From an uncultured Chloroflexia bacterium (GTDB taxonomy: Bacteria > Chloroflexota > Limnocylindria > Limnocylindrales > CSP1-4), in contig CAVTHS010000010.1 of assembly GCA_963734535.1 (NCBI GenBank), positions 128,001 to 192,000 on the forward strand: 64,000 nucleotides of DNA, read 5' to 3'. Below the pieces are notes generated by a model. It ran no database searches, had not been told where the DNA came from, and was given only the letters and a program-made list of their open reading frames with translations. The position numbers were made by a program, and so were the translations under genes. Shown piece by piece: positions 13,167-23,291 of the stretch. Within the stretch, counting starts at the first letter, position 1; every line of letters starts with the position of its first letter.

Positions 13167-14039
13167 ATGGAAATCGAGTACCAGGACACGTCGCGGCGAG
13201 GCAAGTGGATCGTCGCCATCGGGCTCCTGTTGGCCCTCGTCGCCGGCGGTGGCGCCTTCTTCGTCGTCAACCAGGCCCAGCAGCAGGCCGGCCAGGCGGG
13301 CGTCCAGACCTCCCCCGTCGTGGTCGCCGCGAGGGACATCCCCGGACGGAAGGTGATCGATGCCGCGGACCTCGAGATCCGCCAGCTGCCGTTGAACGAG
13401 ACGACCGCCCAGGGCGTCTACGCGGACGGGTCGAAGCTCATCGGGCTCGTCGCCGGCATGTCGATCTTCAAAGGCCAGCCCGTGTACGCGAACATGCTCG
13501 CGGGCCAGTCGCAGGCGACAGGTTTCTCGATCCTTGCGCCGGGCGAGACGGTGAGCCCGGATTCCCCCGCCTGGCGGGCGGTCTCGATCACGGTGCCTGA
13601 CGATCGCGCGGTCGGCGGCCTTCTCCAGCCCGGGGCCTCGGTCGACGTCTTCGTGACCTCGACGATCACCATTCCCCCGGACGTCCTTGCGGCCGGGAAG
13701 TACCTCACCGACAAGTCGACGAAGATCGTCTACCAGGACATGCTCGTCCTCGCCAAGACGGCAACGTCCTACGTCCTTCGCGCCTCGATCGCCGTTGCCG
13801 AGGAGATCTCGCACCTGCAGGCGAGTGGTGCCGCCGCCTTCAGTCTTGCCCTGCGTCCCCAGCAGGACCTGCGCGCGGTCGACACCTCGACGCTTGGCAC
13901 CACGACCACGAAGATCGTCGCTCGGTACGGGCTCCCACTGCCGGAGTGGTATGGGCCGGGCAGGGCTCCCGCCCCCACCCTCTTCCCTTCCCCGAGCCCG
14001 AGCGCAACCCCGGCAGTATCCGCGAGCCCCGCCCCGTAG
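13167..14039 (+). CDS. cpaB: Flp pilus assembly protein CpaB/RcpC
   Basis: One TM helix, SAF domain (VVVAARDIP), RAVSITV...AVGGLLQPGASVDV; GGAGG upstream. Confidence 0.85.
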   Translation: MEIEYQDTSRRGKWIVAIGLLLALVAGGGAFFVVNQAQQQAGQAGVQTSPVVVAARDIPGRKVIDAADLEIRQLPLNETTAQGVYADGSKLIGLVAGMSIFKGQPVYANMLAGQSQATGFSILAPGETVSPDSPAWRAVSITVPDDRAVGGLLQPGASVDVFVTSTITIPPDVLAAGKYLTDKSTKIVYQDMLVLAKTATSYVLRASIAVAEEISHLQASGAAAFSLALRPQQDLRAVDTSTLGTTTTKIVARYGLPLPEWYGPGRAPAPTLFPSPSPSATPAVSASPAP

Positions 14040-14069
14040 TCCCGGCCGACACCCGGGATCCGGGTCGCA

Positions 14070-14729
14070 CTAGCGGCCATCTCGTTCGCGCGACCGGCCT
14101 GGCACGACGCCCGGGGCGGAACGGACGGCCGCGTAGGCCTCCGCAACGCGAGCTTCAGCAGCCGCACGATCCCCGCCCGCGTCGATAATCCGCGTTGCGT
14201 CTCGCCCCAGGCGCGCCGCGACCTCCCCCTGGGTCGCGATCCGGCGCGCCGCGTCCTCCGGGTCGACGCCGCGGCCGGCCAGGCGAGCCCGCTGCTCGTC
14301 CGCCGTGCAGGTGACCAGCCAGACCTCGTCGCAGAGCCTGGCGAGCCCGCCCTCGATGAGCTTGATCGCCTCGATGACGACCGCCGGTGCCCCCGCCTGA
14401 TCCGCGGCCGCGATCGCTGCCAGGATCCGCGGCCGGACCGCGGGGTGGACGATCGCCTCGAGGTCGCGCAGGGCGCCGGGATCTGCGAAGACGATCCGCC
14501 CGAGCGCCGCGCGATCCAGGCTCCCGTCGGACGTCCGGACGCCGTCGCCGAAGCGTGCCAGCACGAGCGCGAGGGCGGGCTCGCCGGGCTCGACGACGGC
14601 CCGGGCCTCGGCGTCGGCGTCGATCGCGACGGCCCCGCGCGCAGCCAGCCACCTCGCCACGGTCGACTTGCCGCAGCCGATCGGGCCCGTGATGCCGATC
14701 CGGACGGCGCGCCGCCGCGCCGAGGACAT
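14070..14729 (-). CDS. coaE: Dephospho-CoA kinase
   Basis: IGITGPIGCGKSTV, IDADAEAR, LDRAALGRIVF, LEAIVHPAV. Confidence 0.95.
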   Translation of the reverse strand: MSSARRRAVRIGITGPIGCGKSTVARWLAARGAVAIDADAEARAVVEPGEPALALVLARFGDGVRTSDGSLDRAALGRIVFADPGALRDLEAIVHPAVRPRILAAIAAADQAGAPAVVIEAIKLIEGGLARLCDEVWLVTCTADEQRARLAGRGVDPEDAARRIATQGEVAARLGRDATRIIDAGGDRAAAEARVAEAYAAVRSAPGVVPGRSRERDGR

Positions 14730-14812
14730 CGCCCCGTCCGTGCGGCTCGCCGGCGCCGGCGCGTTTCCTCCTGCCCCGCCCGGGGTGCTCGCCGGCGGGG
14801 GCGCGTCCCGGC

Positions 14813-16825
14813 TCACGGGGCCCGTTCCTCGAGGAGCAGCCACGCCTCCTCGGCCGCCGCCAGCGCCTGGTCCACGTCGGCGAGCTCGGAAGTCACCCGC
14901 CGCAGCTCCACGAAGTTGGCGGAGGTCGTCGGGTTCATGAGGGCGAGCTCCAGGTGGCTCTTGCGCAGGCCGAGGCGTCCGAGGTCGTCCTCGATGACCG
15001 CCTTCTGGCGGCGGAAGGCATCCTTCGAAAGCTTCGGCTGCCGGGGAGCGCGGGCCTGCGACGGCGGGGTCGACGGGGACCCAGGTGAGGTCGCAGCCCC
15101 CCGGCTGCCCGCCGTCCCCGCTGTCGCCGCGGCCCGGCCGCTCGTCCGCAACGCGGGGGCCGTGCCGCCGCCCGTGCCGCGTCCATGGAAACGCTCCTGC
15201 TCGCGCAGGTATGCATCCCCTGCCCGCCAGCCATCCGCCGCGGCCGCGCGCCACGATCGGTAGCCGGCCTCGAACGGGACGATCCGCGCGTCGTCGACCA
15301 CCCACAGGCGGTCGCAGACCGTCTCGAGGAGCCGGCGGTCGTGGCTGACCAGGAGGATCGTCGCCGTGGTCTCGCGAAGGAACGCCTCCAGGGCCTCGCG
15401 GGCCGGAATGTCGAGGTGATTCGTGGGCTCGTCGAGGAGCAGGAGGTTCGCCGGCATGATCCCGAGGAGAGCCAGCTCCAGGCGTGAACGCTCGCCGCCG
15501 GAGAGGCTGCGGACCTCCTTGAACGCGTCGTCACCGCGGAACAGGAAGCGTGCGAGGTAGCCCCGCGCCTCGCCGGCCGTCATGGGGATCTCGGACAGGA
15601 GCGCGTCGAGCACCGTCTCGCCTGGGATCGGGTTCTCGCGGACCTGGGCGAGGTACCCGAACCCCACGTTCGAGCCGAACGAGAGCGTGCCGTCACGCAG
15701 GGGCAGGTCGCCCGCGATCGTGCGGAGGAGCGTCGTCTTCCCGGCGCCGTTCGGGCCGACGATCCCGATCCGCTCGCCACGCGACGCCTCCAGCCGGACG
15801 CCTCGCGCCACCTCCGGGCCGCCCGGGTGGCCGACCACGAGGTCATCGGCGCGAAGCACCACCTCGGCGGAGCGCGGTGCAGCCATCCCGAGGGCACGGT
15901 CCAGGCGAAGCGACGGACCGGTCTTCGCGATGTCGATCCGATCGAGCCGAGCGAGCCTTGCCTCGTGCTCATGCATCTTCCCGTGCTTGCGCTGGCTCCG
16001 GTACGTCTGGACCAGCGCCTGCTCGCGGGAGATCTCGGCATCCCGCGTCTCGGCGTCCCTGCGCATCCGCGCGTCACGAGCCTCGCGCTGCCGGGCGTAG
16101 GACGCGTAGTCGCCGCGAAACGCGGTCAGGCGTCGGTCCCGCAGCTCCCAGACGCGGGTCACCGTGGCGTCGAGGAAGGCACGGTCGTGGGACGCCACCA
16201 GCAGGGCCCCCTGCCGGCGCCGGACCGCCTCCTCGAGCCATTCGATCGCGCCGAGGTCGAGGTGGTTCGTCGGCTCGTCGAGGAGCAGGAGGTCGGGATC
16301 CGCCACGAGAAGGCGGGCGAGCGCGGCACGCGTCTGCTGCCCGCCCGAGAGCTCCTCTGGCGAGCGCGCGCACTCGGCCTCGCTGAAGCCCAGCCCCGAG
16401 AGCGCCTCCTCGACGCGCTGGTCGAGCGTCCAGCCGTCGAGGGCCGCGAACTGGCTCGTCAGCTCCTCGTATCGGGCGGACGCCGCGCCGCTCGCCTCCT
16501 CGAGCGCCCGCATCTCGGCCTCGATCGCCTCGACGCCGCTCGCCCCACGGCGGACCGCGGTCCGGAGGTCCGGCGCCGACGCGAACGCCTCGTCGAAATG
16601 CGCCTCCTGGGCGAGCAGCCCGACGCGGAGGTTGCGGCGCCGCTGGACCTCGCCCGCGTCTGGCTCGTCGATCCCCGCGATGATCCGGAGGAGCGTGGTC
16701 TTGCCCGCGCCGTTCGGGCCGACGATCCCGACGCGCTCGCCGACCGCGATGGCGGCATCGATCCGGTCGAGGATCACGAAGGTCCCCACCTCGCGCACGA
16801 CACCGGAGAGACGGACGAGCGACAC
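14813..16825 (-). CDS. ABC-F family ATP-binding protein
   Basis: Two ABC cassettes (GPNGAGKTT twice, LSGGQ/LSGGE, LLDEPTNHLD twice), no TM segments, C-terminal coiled coil; start VSLVRLSGV. Confidence 0.92.
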   Translation of the reverse strand: MSLVRLSGVVREVGTFVILDRIDAAIAVGERVGIVGPNGAGKTTLLRIIAGIDEPDAGEVQRRRNLRVGLLAQEAHFDEAFASAPDLRTAVRRGASGVEAIEAEMRALEEASGAASARYEELTSQFAALDGWTLDQRVEEALSGLGFSEAECARSPEELSGGQQTRAALARLLVADPDLLLLDEPTNHLDLGAIEWLEEAVRRRQGALLVASHDRAFLDATVTRVWELRDRRLTAFRGDYASYARQREARDARMRRDAETRDAEISREQALVQTYRSQRKHGKMHEHEARLARLDRIDIAKTGPSLRLDRALGMAAPRSAEVVLRADDLVVGHPGGPEVARGVRLEASRGERIGIVGPNGAGKTTLLRTIAGDLPLRDGTLSFGSNVGFGYLAQVRENPIPGETVLDALLSEIPMTAGEARGYLARFLFRGDDAFKEVRSLSGGERSRLELALLGIMPANLLLLDEPTNHLDIPAREALEAFLRETTATILLVSHDRRLLETVCDRLWVVDDARIVPFEAGYRSWRAAAADGWRAGDAYLREQERFHGRGTGGGTAPALRTSGRAAATAGTAGSRGAATSPGSPSTPPSQARAPRQPKLSKDAFRRQKAVIEDDLGRLGLRKSHLELALMNPTTSANFVELRRVTSELADVDQALAAAEEAWLLLEERAP

Positions 16826-16934
16826 GGTCAGCCCGTCCGGGTGCCGGCACGGGCCTGGGCGCGGCGCGTCGCGGCGGCCTGGCGCGTCCGTGCCGCCCGG
16901 GCCTGCGTGGCGGCTCGCTCCGCCTCGTCGGGGG

Positions 16935-17894
16935 TCAATCCCAGCGAGCCCTCGGCCGCGAGCTCCACCCACCTGCGCCCGCGCCGGCGGGGGACGCGTC
17001 CGCGACGCGAGGATCGCTGCCGTCCCGGGTCGATCCGCGCGCTGGGAGTCGCTGGCACCAGGAGCAGAAGTGCGTGGCGCGCTGCCCCACCACGATGCGC
17101 CTGATCGGCCGGCCGCAGCGGAGGCACGGCTCCCCGGCCCGCTGGTAGACCTGCAGATGCTCCTGCATCGCGCCGTCGCCGTCGGGCGCCGTGTAGTCGT
17201 CGATCGACGAGCCGCGTCGCTCGATCGCCTCCGTGAGCACGGCACGGACCTCGCGGTAGAGGCGCGCCTCGTCGGGCGGGCGAAGGGACGCCGCCCGGCG
17301 CAGGGGGTGGAGGCGGGCGCGCCAGAGCGCCTCGTCGGCGTAGATGTTGCCGATGCCGGCGATGAACGCCTGGTCGAGGAGGAGCGGCTTGAGCCGCGCG
17401 TGGCGGCCTCGCAGCCGCGCCCGGAACGCCCGCAGCGTGAAGGCGTCGTCGAGCGGCTCGGGCCCGTGGCCCGCGAACAGCTCGCCGCCGTCCTCGGCGT
17501 CGAGGACCGCGCCGCTCAGCGGATCCCGGGGCCAGAGCCCCACCCGGCCGAACTTGCGGATGTCGCGGAACCGGAGCTCGCGGCCGTCGTCGAGCGCAAG
17601 CGCGAGGTGGACGTGTCGGTCGGCGGGCGTGCCGGACGAGACCACGAAGAGCTGGCCGGTCATCTTGAGGTGGATCGTGAGCGCGGCGCGGCCCGACAGC
17701 TCCACCACGACCAGCTTCGCGCGCCGTCCGACGGCCTCGATTCGCCGGCCCGCGACCGCGTCCGCGAACGCGGCGATGGACGCATGCGAGCCGACCAGCC
17801 GCGGCCAGTCGCCGGCAGCTCCCACGATCGTCGCGCCGACGACGAGCCCGCGCAGGTCGCGGGCGACCGTCTCGACCTCCGGAAGCTCAGGCAT
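16935..17894 (-). CDS. mutM: Formamidopyrimidine-DNA glycosylase Fpg/MutM (tail probably frameshifted; true stop may be 16828)
   Basis: MPELPEVET, HLKMTG, GIGNIYADE, C-terminal CLRC...CSWCQ zinc finger. Confidence 0.93.
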   Translation of the reverse strand: MPELPEVETVARDLRGLVVGATIVGAAGDWPRLVGSHASIAAFADAVAGRRIEAVGRRAKLVVVELSGRAALTIHLKMTGQLFVVSSGTPADRHVHLALALDDGRELRFRDIRKFGRVGLWPRDPLSGAVLDAEDGGELFAGHGPEPLDDAFTLRAFRARLRGRHARLKPLLLDQAFIAGIGNIYADEALWRARLHPLRRAASLRPPDEARLYREVRAVLTEAIERRGSSIDDYTAPDGDGAMQEHLQVYQRAGEPCLRCGRPIRRIVVGQRATHFCSWCQRLPARGSTRDGSDPRVADASPAGAGAGGWSSRPRARWD

Positions 17895-18031
17895 CGGCCA
17901 TGGCCCCGAGCCAGCCGGCGATCATCCCCACGGCGAGCGCACCGGCGTTCTCCGGGAGCGGCGCGAGCTCGTCGGGGTCGGCGGCGAGGAAGCGATTCGG
18001 GCGCGCCACGTTCAGCTCCGGCATCGACGGG

Positions 18032-20976
18032 TCAGGCGCCGGCGCCGCGCGGGACGACCGTCATCGACTCCCAGTCGTCGCCGGTCTTGACGTCGACGGT
18101 GAGCGGGACGTCGAGCGCAAGGGCGCCCTCCATCGTCTCGCGAACGACCGGGACCAGGCGCGCGACCTCGTCGCGGGGCACCTCCAGCAGCAGCTCGTCG
18201 TGGACCTGGAGCAGGAGCCGCGACCGGAAGCCCTCGGCCCGGAGCCTTCGGTCCACCCGGATCATGGCGATCTTCATGATGTCGGCGGCGGTCCCCTGGA
18301 TCGGCATGTTGATGGCCATCCGCTCCCCCGCTCCGCGCAGCGACGGGTTCGTCGCACGGAGCTCCGGGATCTCCCGTCTCCGGCCCAGGAGCGTCGTGAC
18401 GTAGCCCTGCTGGCGCGCGGTCTCCTTGATGTGGAGCATGTAGTAGCTGATCCCCGAGTACGTCGCGAAGTAGCGGTCGATGAAGGCCTTCGCCTCCGCG
18501 CGCGGGATGTTGGCTCGGCTGGAAAGCCCGAAGTCGCTCATGCCGTACGCGATCCCGAAGTTGACCATCTTGGCCATCGAGCGCTCGTCCGGCGTGACGT
18601 CGCCGGGCTCCTTGTGGAGCACGAGGGCAGCCGTGTCGCGATGGATGTCCGCGCCGGCCAGGAACGCCTCGCGGAGGTGCGCGTCGCCAGACACGTGGGC
18701 CAGGATCCGCAGCTCGATCTGGCTGTAGTCGGCCGCCACGAGCGTCACGTCCGGGGCGCCGGCCACGATCGCCCGGCGAATCCGGCGCCCGAGCGGCGTC
18801 CGGATCGGGATGTTCTGCAGGTTCGGGTCCGACGAGGAGAGCCGCCCCGTCGCGGCCACCGCCTGGTGGAAGGTCGTGTGCAGCCGGCCGTCGTCCGCGA
18901 GCAGCCCGGGAGCGCGGCGATGTACGTGCTCCGGAGCTTCGAGTAGAGGCGCCAGTCCAGGAGCTTCCCGACCGCCGGGTGGGCCGCCCGCAGCTCCTCG
19001 AGGACCGACGCGTCCGTGGAGAAGCCGGTCTTTGTGCGCTTCCCCTTGGGCAGGTTGAGCTCGTAGAAGAGGACCTGCTCCAGCTGCTTCGGGCTCCCGA
19101 GGGTGAACTCGTGGCCCACGTCGACGAAGACCTCGGCCTCCAGGCGCGCCAGCTCGCCCGCGAACTCCACGTCGAGGAGGCTCAGCGCGGCGAGGTCGAT
19201 CGCCACGCCCGTCGCCTCCATCCGGGCGAGGATCGGGATCAGCGGCAGCTCGAGCTCGGCGAAGAGCCGGTCCAGCGCTCCCTCCGCGAGCGCGGCGGCG
19301 AGGGGCTCCCGGACGGCGAGCGCGGCGAGGGCCTCCAGGCCGGCCCGGGCCGGCGGGGCGAGGCCCGCCGCGGCGGGCGGCAGCACGAGGTCGAGCCGCT
19401 CGGCGACGACATCGGCGATCGCCTGGCTCCGCAGCGACGCGTTGAGGAGATACGCGGCGATCTGCGTGTCGAACGCGACGGGCGTGGGCACCGCGCCGGG
19501 GTCCTCGCGCCAGCCGGGCCACGAGGAGCGGCTTCGACTCGTGCGCCACGAGCGGGATCTCGGCCGCCTCGAGCGCCCGGCGGAGCGCGTCGGATGCCTC
19601 CGGGCCGTCCGCGACGAGGACCCGGCCGTCTTCGCCCGCGATGGCGAGCGCCAGCGCGTGCCCCTGCCGCGGCCGCGGGTCGTCGAGGATCACGGCGACG
19701 CCGACAGCCGAGCGCTCCGCGAGCCACCCGGCCAGCCCCGGGATGCCGTCGACCGTGACGGCCTCCACCCGGTCCGGCTCGGCGATCAGCGCCGCGAGCG
19801 CCGCCCGGAGATCGCCCGCGGGCAACGGGCCGGATTCGCGGCGGGCCTCCCGGCGCGGCCGCGCCGATCTGGCCCAGCGAGTCGAAGTCGAGGACGAGCT
19901 GCAGGCCGTCGCCGCCCGCGGGACGGGATCCGTCGCGGTCCGGGCGGCCCCGCGGCTGCCGAAGGCCGGGCGGGCCGCAGTCACCGGGTCGCCGGACCCG
20001 TTCCCGACCTGGGCCGGCGCCGGGAGCCCGTTCGCCGGGCCCGGGATCGCCGAACGGGTCGGGGTCGTTCCGCCGCGGCCGCGTCGGCTCGAGCAGCGGC
20101 CTCGCCACGGAGCGGCGGCAGCCGGTCGATGAGCGTGCGGAACTCGTACTCCCGGAAGAGCCGGACGACCTCTTCGCGGTCGTAGTCGCCGAAGCGGGCC
20201 GCGTCGAGGTCGAGCGCCACCGGCAGGTCCCGGTGGATCGTCACGAGCTCCCGGCTGGCGAGGACCTGTTCGTGGTGCTCGCGCAGCTTCTCGCGCAGCT
20301 TCTCCGGCGCGACCTCGTCGAGGCGCGCGAAGAGCGCGTCGAGGTCCCCGAACTGGCTGATGAGCTTCGCCGCGGTCTTGTCCCCCACGCCGGGCACGCC
20401 GGGAATGTTGTCGGTGGAGTCGCCCTTGAGCGCCTTGAAGTCGATCATCTGGGCCGGCGCCAGGCCGTAGCGCTCCTCGATCCGGGCGGGGTCGTACATG
20501 ACGGTCGCGTCGACGCCCATCCGGGTGGTCATCAGCCGGGTCCGGTCCGTCACGAGCTGGAGCATGTCCAGGTCGCCGGTGACGATCGTCGTCTCGAGGT
20601 CGCGGCCCTCGGCCTCGCGCGTGAGCGTGCCGATGACGTCGTCCGCCTCGAAGCCCGCCAGCTCGTAGACCGGCAGCCGAAGCGCCGCGACCACCTCGCG
20701 GACCTTCGGGAACTGCGCGCGCAGGTCGTCCGGCATCGGCCGCCGGGTCGCCTTGTAGGCCGCGGACAGCTCGTGCCGGAAGGTCGGGGCCGGCAGGTCG
20801 AAGGCGATCGCGACGTAGTCCGGCCGCACGTCCTGGAAGCCGCGCAGGACGATGTTCGAGAAGCCGAAGACCGCGTTCACCAGCTCGCCCTTCGACGTCG
20901 AGAGCGGGACGTTGATGAGCGCGAAGTAGCCGCGATAGATGAGCCCGTTGCCGTCGAGCAGCATCAGGCGTTCCAT
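18032..20976 (-). CDS. polA: DNA polymerase I, split by about 5 frameshifts in this sequence
   Basis: 5'-3' exonuclease (LLDGNGLIYRGY, FEADD, GDSTDNIPGV), then FDTQIAAYLL, GSPKQL, TGRLSSSDPNLQNIP, ADYSQIELR, AKMVNFGIAYG, QVHDELL, distributed over three frames. Confidence 0.9.
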
Positions 20977-21343
20977 GGACGTCGGCATCCTCCCGTCGGC
21001 GCGGCCCGCCGGATGCGCCTGCGGCGACGCGGGGCGCCTCGGTCGAGTGTACCGGTCCGGGACGGGTGGGATCGAGACGTGTGCCCCGAGCGCGACGCGC
21101 CTCGCACACCATCCGCAATGCGTGCACCGTCGGCGCAGATCGCGGGCGCATCGTCCTGTCCGTCGACCGGGTCGGGCGGGCCGCGTCCCCCGGGCACGCC
21201 AGCCGGGTCTGACTCCGAGGTGCGCGACGACGGCCCGCAGGGCGGGGCGTATGCTCCGTCCCGGTCGGCCGTTTCCCGGCCGACCACACTCCCGGCCCCG
21301 GCCCTCGTGGACGGAAGCGCCGACGCGGAGTCCCTGGATCCGG

Positions 21344-21503
21344 ATGAAGACCACCCTCGCCGTCGATGACGAAGCCAGGACCGCCGCGCTCGCCCGCGAC
21401 TGCGTCGGCCTGCAGCGTCGCAAGCCCGATGCACCGGAGAATCGCCCCGGACGCGCGCGACGAGCTCGCGCGGGCAGAACGGCTTCGTGACGTCGTCGAT
21501 CGC
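21344..21503. pseudogene. Degraded OmpR-type receiver-domain remnant with an internal inversion
   Basis: Plus strand reads MKTTLAVDDEARTAALARD..LQRRKPD; the adjoining minus strand reads [17 protein letters not shown](+1 nt)AILR. Confidence 0.6.
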
Positions 21504-21633
21504 GCGGGATGGGCGGCGCTCCCAACGCCGGAACCGGCGGCACCCTTCGGGCGTCCGATGAGCCGTGCTAGACTCGCGCCGCCTCGCCGCCCCGACGTTT
21601 CCCGGCGTCCGCGCCGGAAGGAGCCGCGCCCAG

Positions 21634-22266
21634 TTGGACGATCCTCGCCAGCGCTCGCCCGGGGACGTCACCCGGGCAGCCGGCCCGGACGAAGCGACGG
21701 CCCGACGGGACCAGATCCTGGTCGAGCGTGCGCTGGAGGGCGACCTCGGGGCCTTCAACCAGCTCGTCGAGGCGTACCAGGATCTCTGCCACGCGCTCGT
21801 CGCGCGGATGGTCCCCGATCCCGACCAGGCGAGCGACGCGGTCCAGGAGGCCTTCTTCTCGGCCTACCGGAACCTGCGCGCCTACCACGGACCGTCGTTC
21901 CGCGGCTGGTTGACGCGAATCGCGATCAACGCCGCGATGGACCTCCAGCGGGCGAAGAAGCGCCGGCCCGTGACGCCCTATCCCGAGCTCGACGACGAGA
22001 GCTGGCAGCCGCCGGCCGGGCCTGACGCCGACCCCGAGGCGATCGCCGCGACCGGCGAACGGCAGCGCGTCCTCGTCGCGGCGATGGGCGCGATCGCCCC
22101 CGACCAGCGCGCCGCAATCGTCCTCTTCGACGTGGAAGGCTACGACTACGCCGAGATCGCCGCGATGACCGGCGTGAGCCTCGGCACCGTGAAATCGCGG
22201 ATCCATCGCGGCCGGCTTGCGCTCCGTGGGCTGCTGGCCGACCGGATGGAACTCTTCCGCAGCTGA
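21634..22266 (+). CDS. ECF RNA polymerase sigma factor (sigma-70 family)
   Basis: GDLGAFNQLV, DAVQEAFFSAY, SFRGWLTRIAIN, YAEIAAMTGVSLGTVKSRIHRGR; TTG start after AAGGAG and downstream of an extended -10 TGcTAGACT (21566-21574). Confidence 0.93.
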   Translation: MDDPRQRSPGDVTRAAGPDEATARRDQILVERALEGDLGAFNQLVEAYQDLCHALVARMVPDPDQASDAVQEAFFSAYRNLRAYHGPSFRGWLTRIAINAAMDLQRAKKRRPVTPYPELDDESWQPPAGPDADPEAIAATGERQRVLVAAMGAIAPDQRAAIVLFDVEGYDYAEIAAMTGVSLGTVKSRIHRGRLALRGLLADRMELFRS

Positions 22267-22281
22267 GGGCGTCACCGAGCC

Positions 22282-23226
22282 ATGCACCCCGGTCCCGACC
22301 ACTCCCCCGCCGCGGCGGCAGCCGAACACGCTGCGCTGATCGTGGCGCTCGACGCGGGCGACCTGGCGGATCGCGAGCGCGACGACGCGGCAACCCTGGC
22401 GGCCACGTGTGCCGGTTGCGCGTCCCTCCTCGAGGACCTCGCCGTCCTCCGCGCGGCGACGGCCGCGCTCGTCGTGACGCCCCGAACCCGCGACTTCCGA
22501 CTGACGGAGGCGGATGCCGCGCGCCTGCGCCCCTCGACGTGGAGGACCCTGGTCCGGTGGCTCGCGGCGCCGCGGTCCACGGTTCGCCCGCTGGCCGGCG
22601 GACTGGCTGCGCTCGGGGTCGCCGGGCTGCTCCTGACAACGACTCCCGGCTTCTTCGGGGGTGCCGCCACCTCGCTCTCGACCACCGGCGCCCCGATGGT
22701 CGCTCCCGGCGGCGCCGAGGGCGCGGGCGGAGCCGTGGGTGGAAGCGCCCTGCCGATCGCGGCGTCGAACGCTGCGCCGAGTGCTGCTGCGAGCGCCGCA
22801 GCTCGAGCCAACGGGACCGCCCCGATCGGGCCTGCCGCCTCCGCGGCGCCGGCGGTAAGCCCGGCGCCGGGCACGCCCGGCACCACTCCCGGCCTTGCCG
22901 CCCTTCCCGCGCCGAGCCCTGCCACCGTCGCCGGTCCGGCACCGACGCCCATCCCGGACGCCGGGACGGTCACGGGCCCTGCCGCAGCCGCGAGCGCAGC
23001 CACGGGATCGTCGGACTTCTCGACGGACGCCGGCGCGCCACGCGACTCCACGACGAAGGCGGCACCCCCCGTCGCATCACAGGCAGGCCGGAGTGCGGAG
23101 CCGGCGTCGTCAGGCCTCGTCCAGCCGGACCGCACGCTGCCGCTGCTGCTGTCGCTTGCCCTCCTGGTTGCGGGCCTCGGGCTCCTCGTCGCCAATCGGG
23201 TGCTGCGCGGGCGCGCCGGCTCCTGA
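22282..23226 (+). CDS. Putative anti-sigma factor (ZAS-like CxxC, two TM segments, Ala/Pro-rich loop)
   Basis: Directly after the ECF gene; EHAALIVALDAGDL...LAATCAGCASLLEDL; TM segments in the middle and at the C-terminus. Confidence 0.75.
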   Translation: MHPGPDHSPAAAAAEHAALIVALDAGDLADRERDDAATLAATCAGCASLLEDLAVLRAATAALVVTPRTRDFRLTEADAARLRPSTWRTLVRWLAAPRSTVRPLAGGLAALGVAGLLLTTTPGFFGGAATSLSTTGAPMVAPGGAEGAGGAVGGSALPIAASNAAPSAAASAAARANGTAPIGPAASAAPAVSPAPGTPGTTPGLAALPAPSPATVAGPAPTPIPDAGTVTGPAAAASAATGSSDFSTDAGAPRDSTTKAAPPVASQAGRSAEPASSGLVQPDRTLPLLLSLALLVAGLGLLVANRVLRGRAGS

Positions 23227-23291
23227 CGGCGCGCCCGCCTCGATCGGGCCCCCGGATCGAGCGCCGCGCCGCGCGCTACCATGGCGGCCGC

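Noticed and set aside
18032-20976. Programmed ribosomal frameshifting in polA
   Set aside because: Five shifts of mixed sign with no slippery heptamers is implausible as recoding
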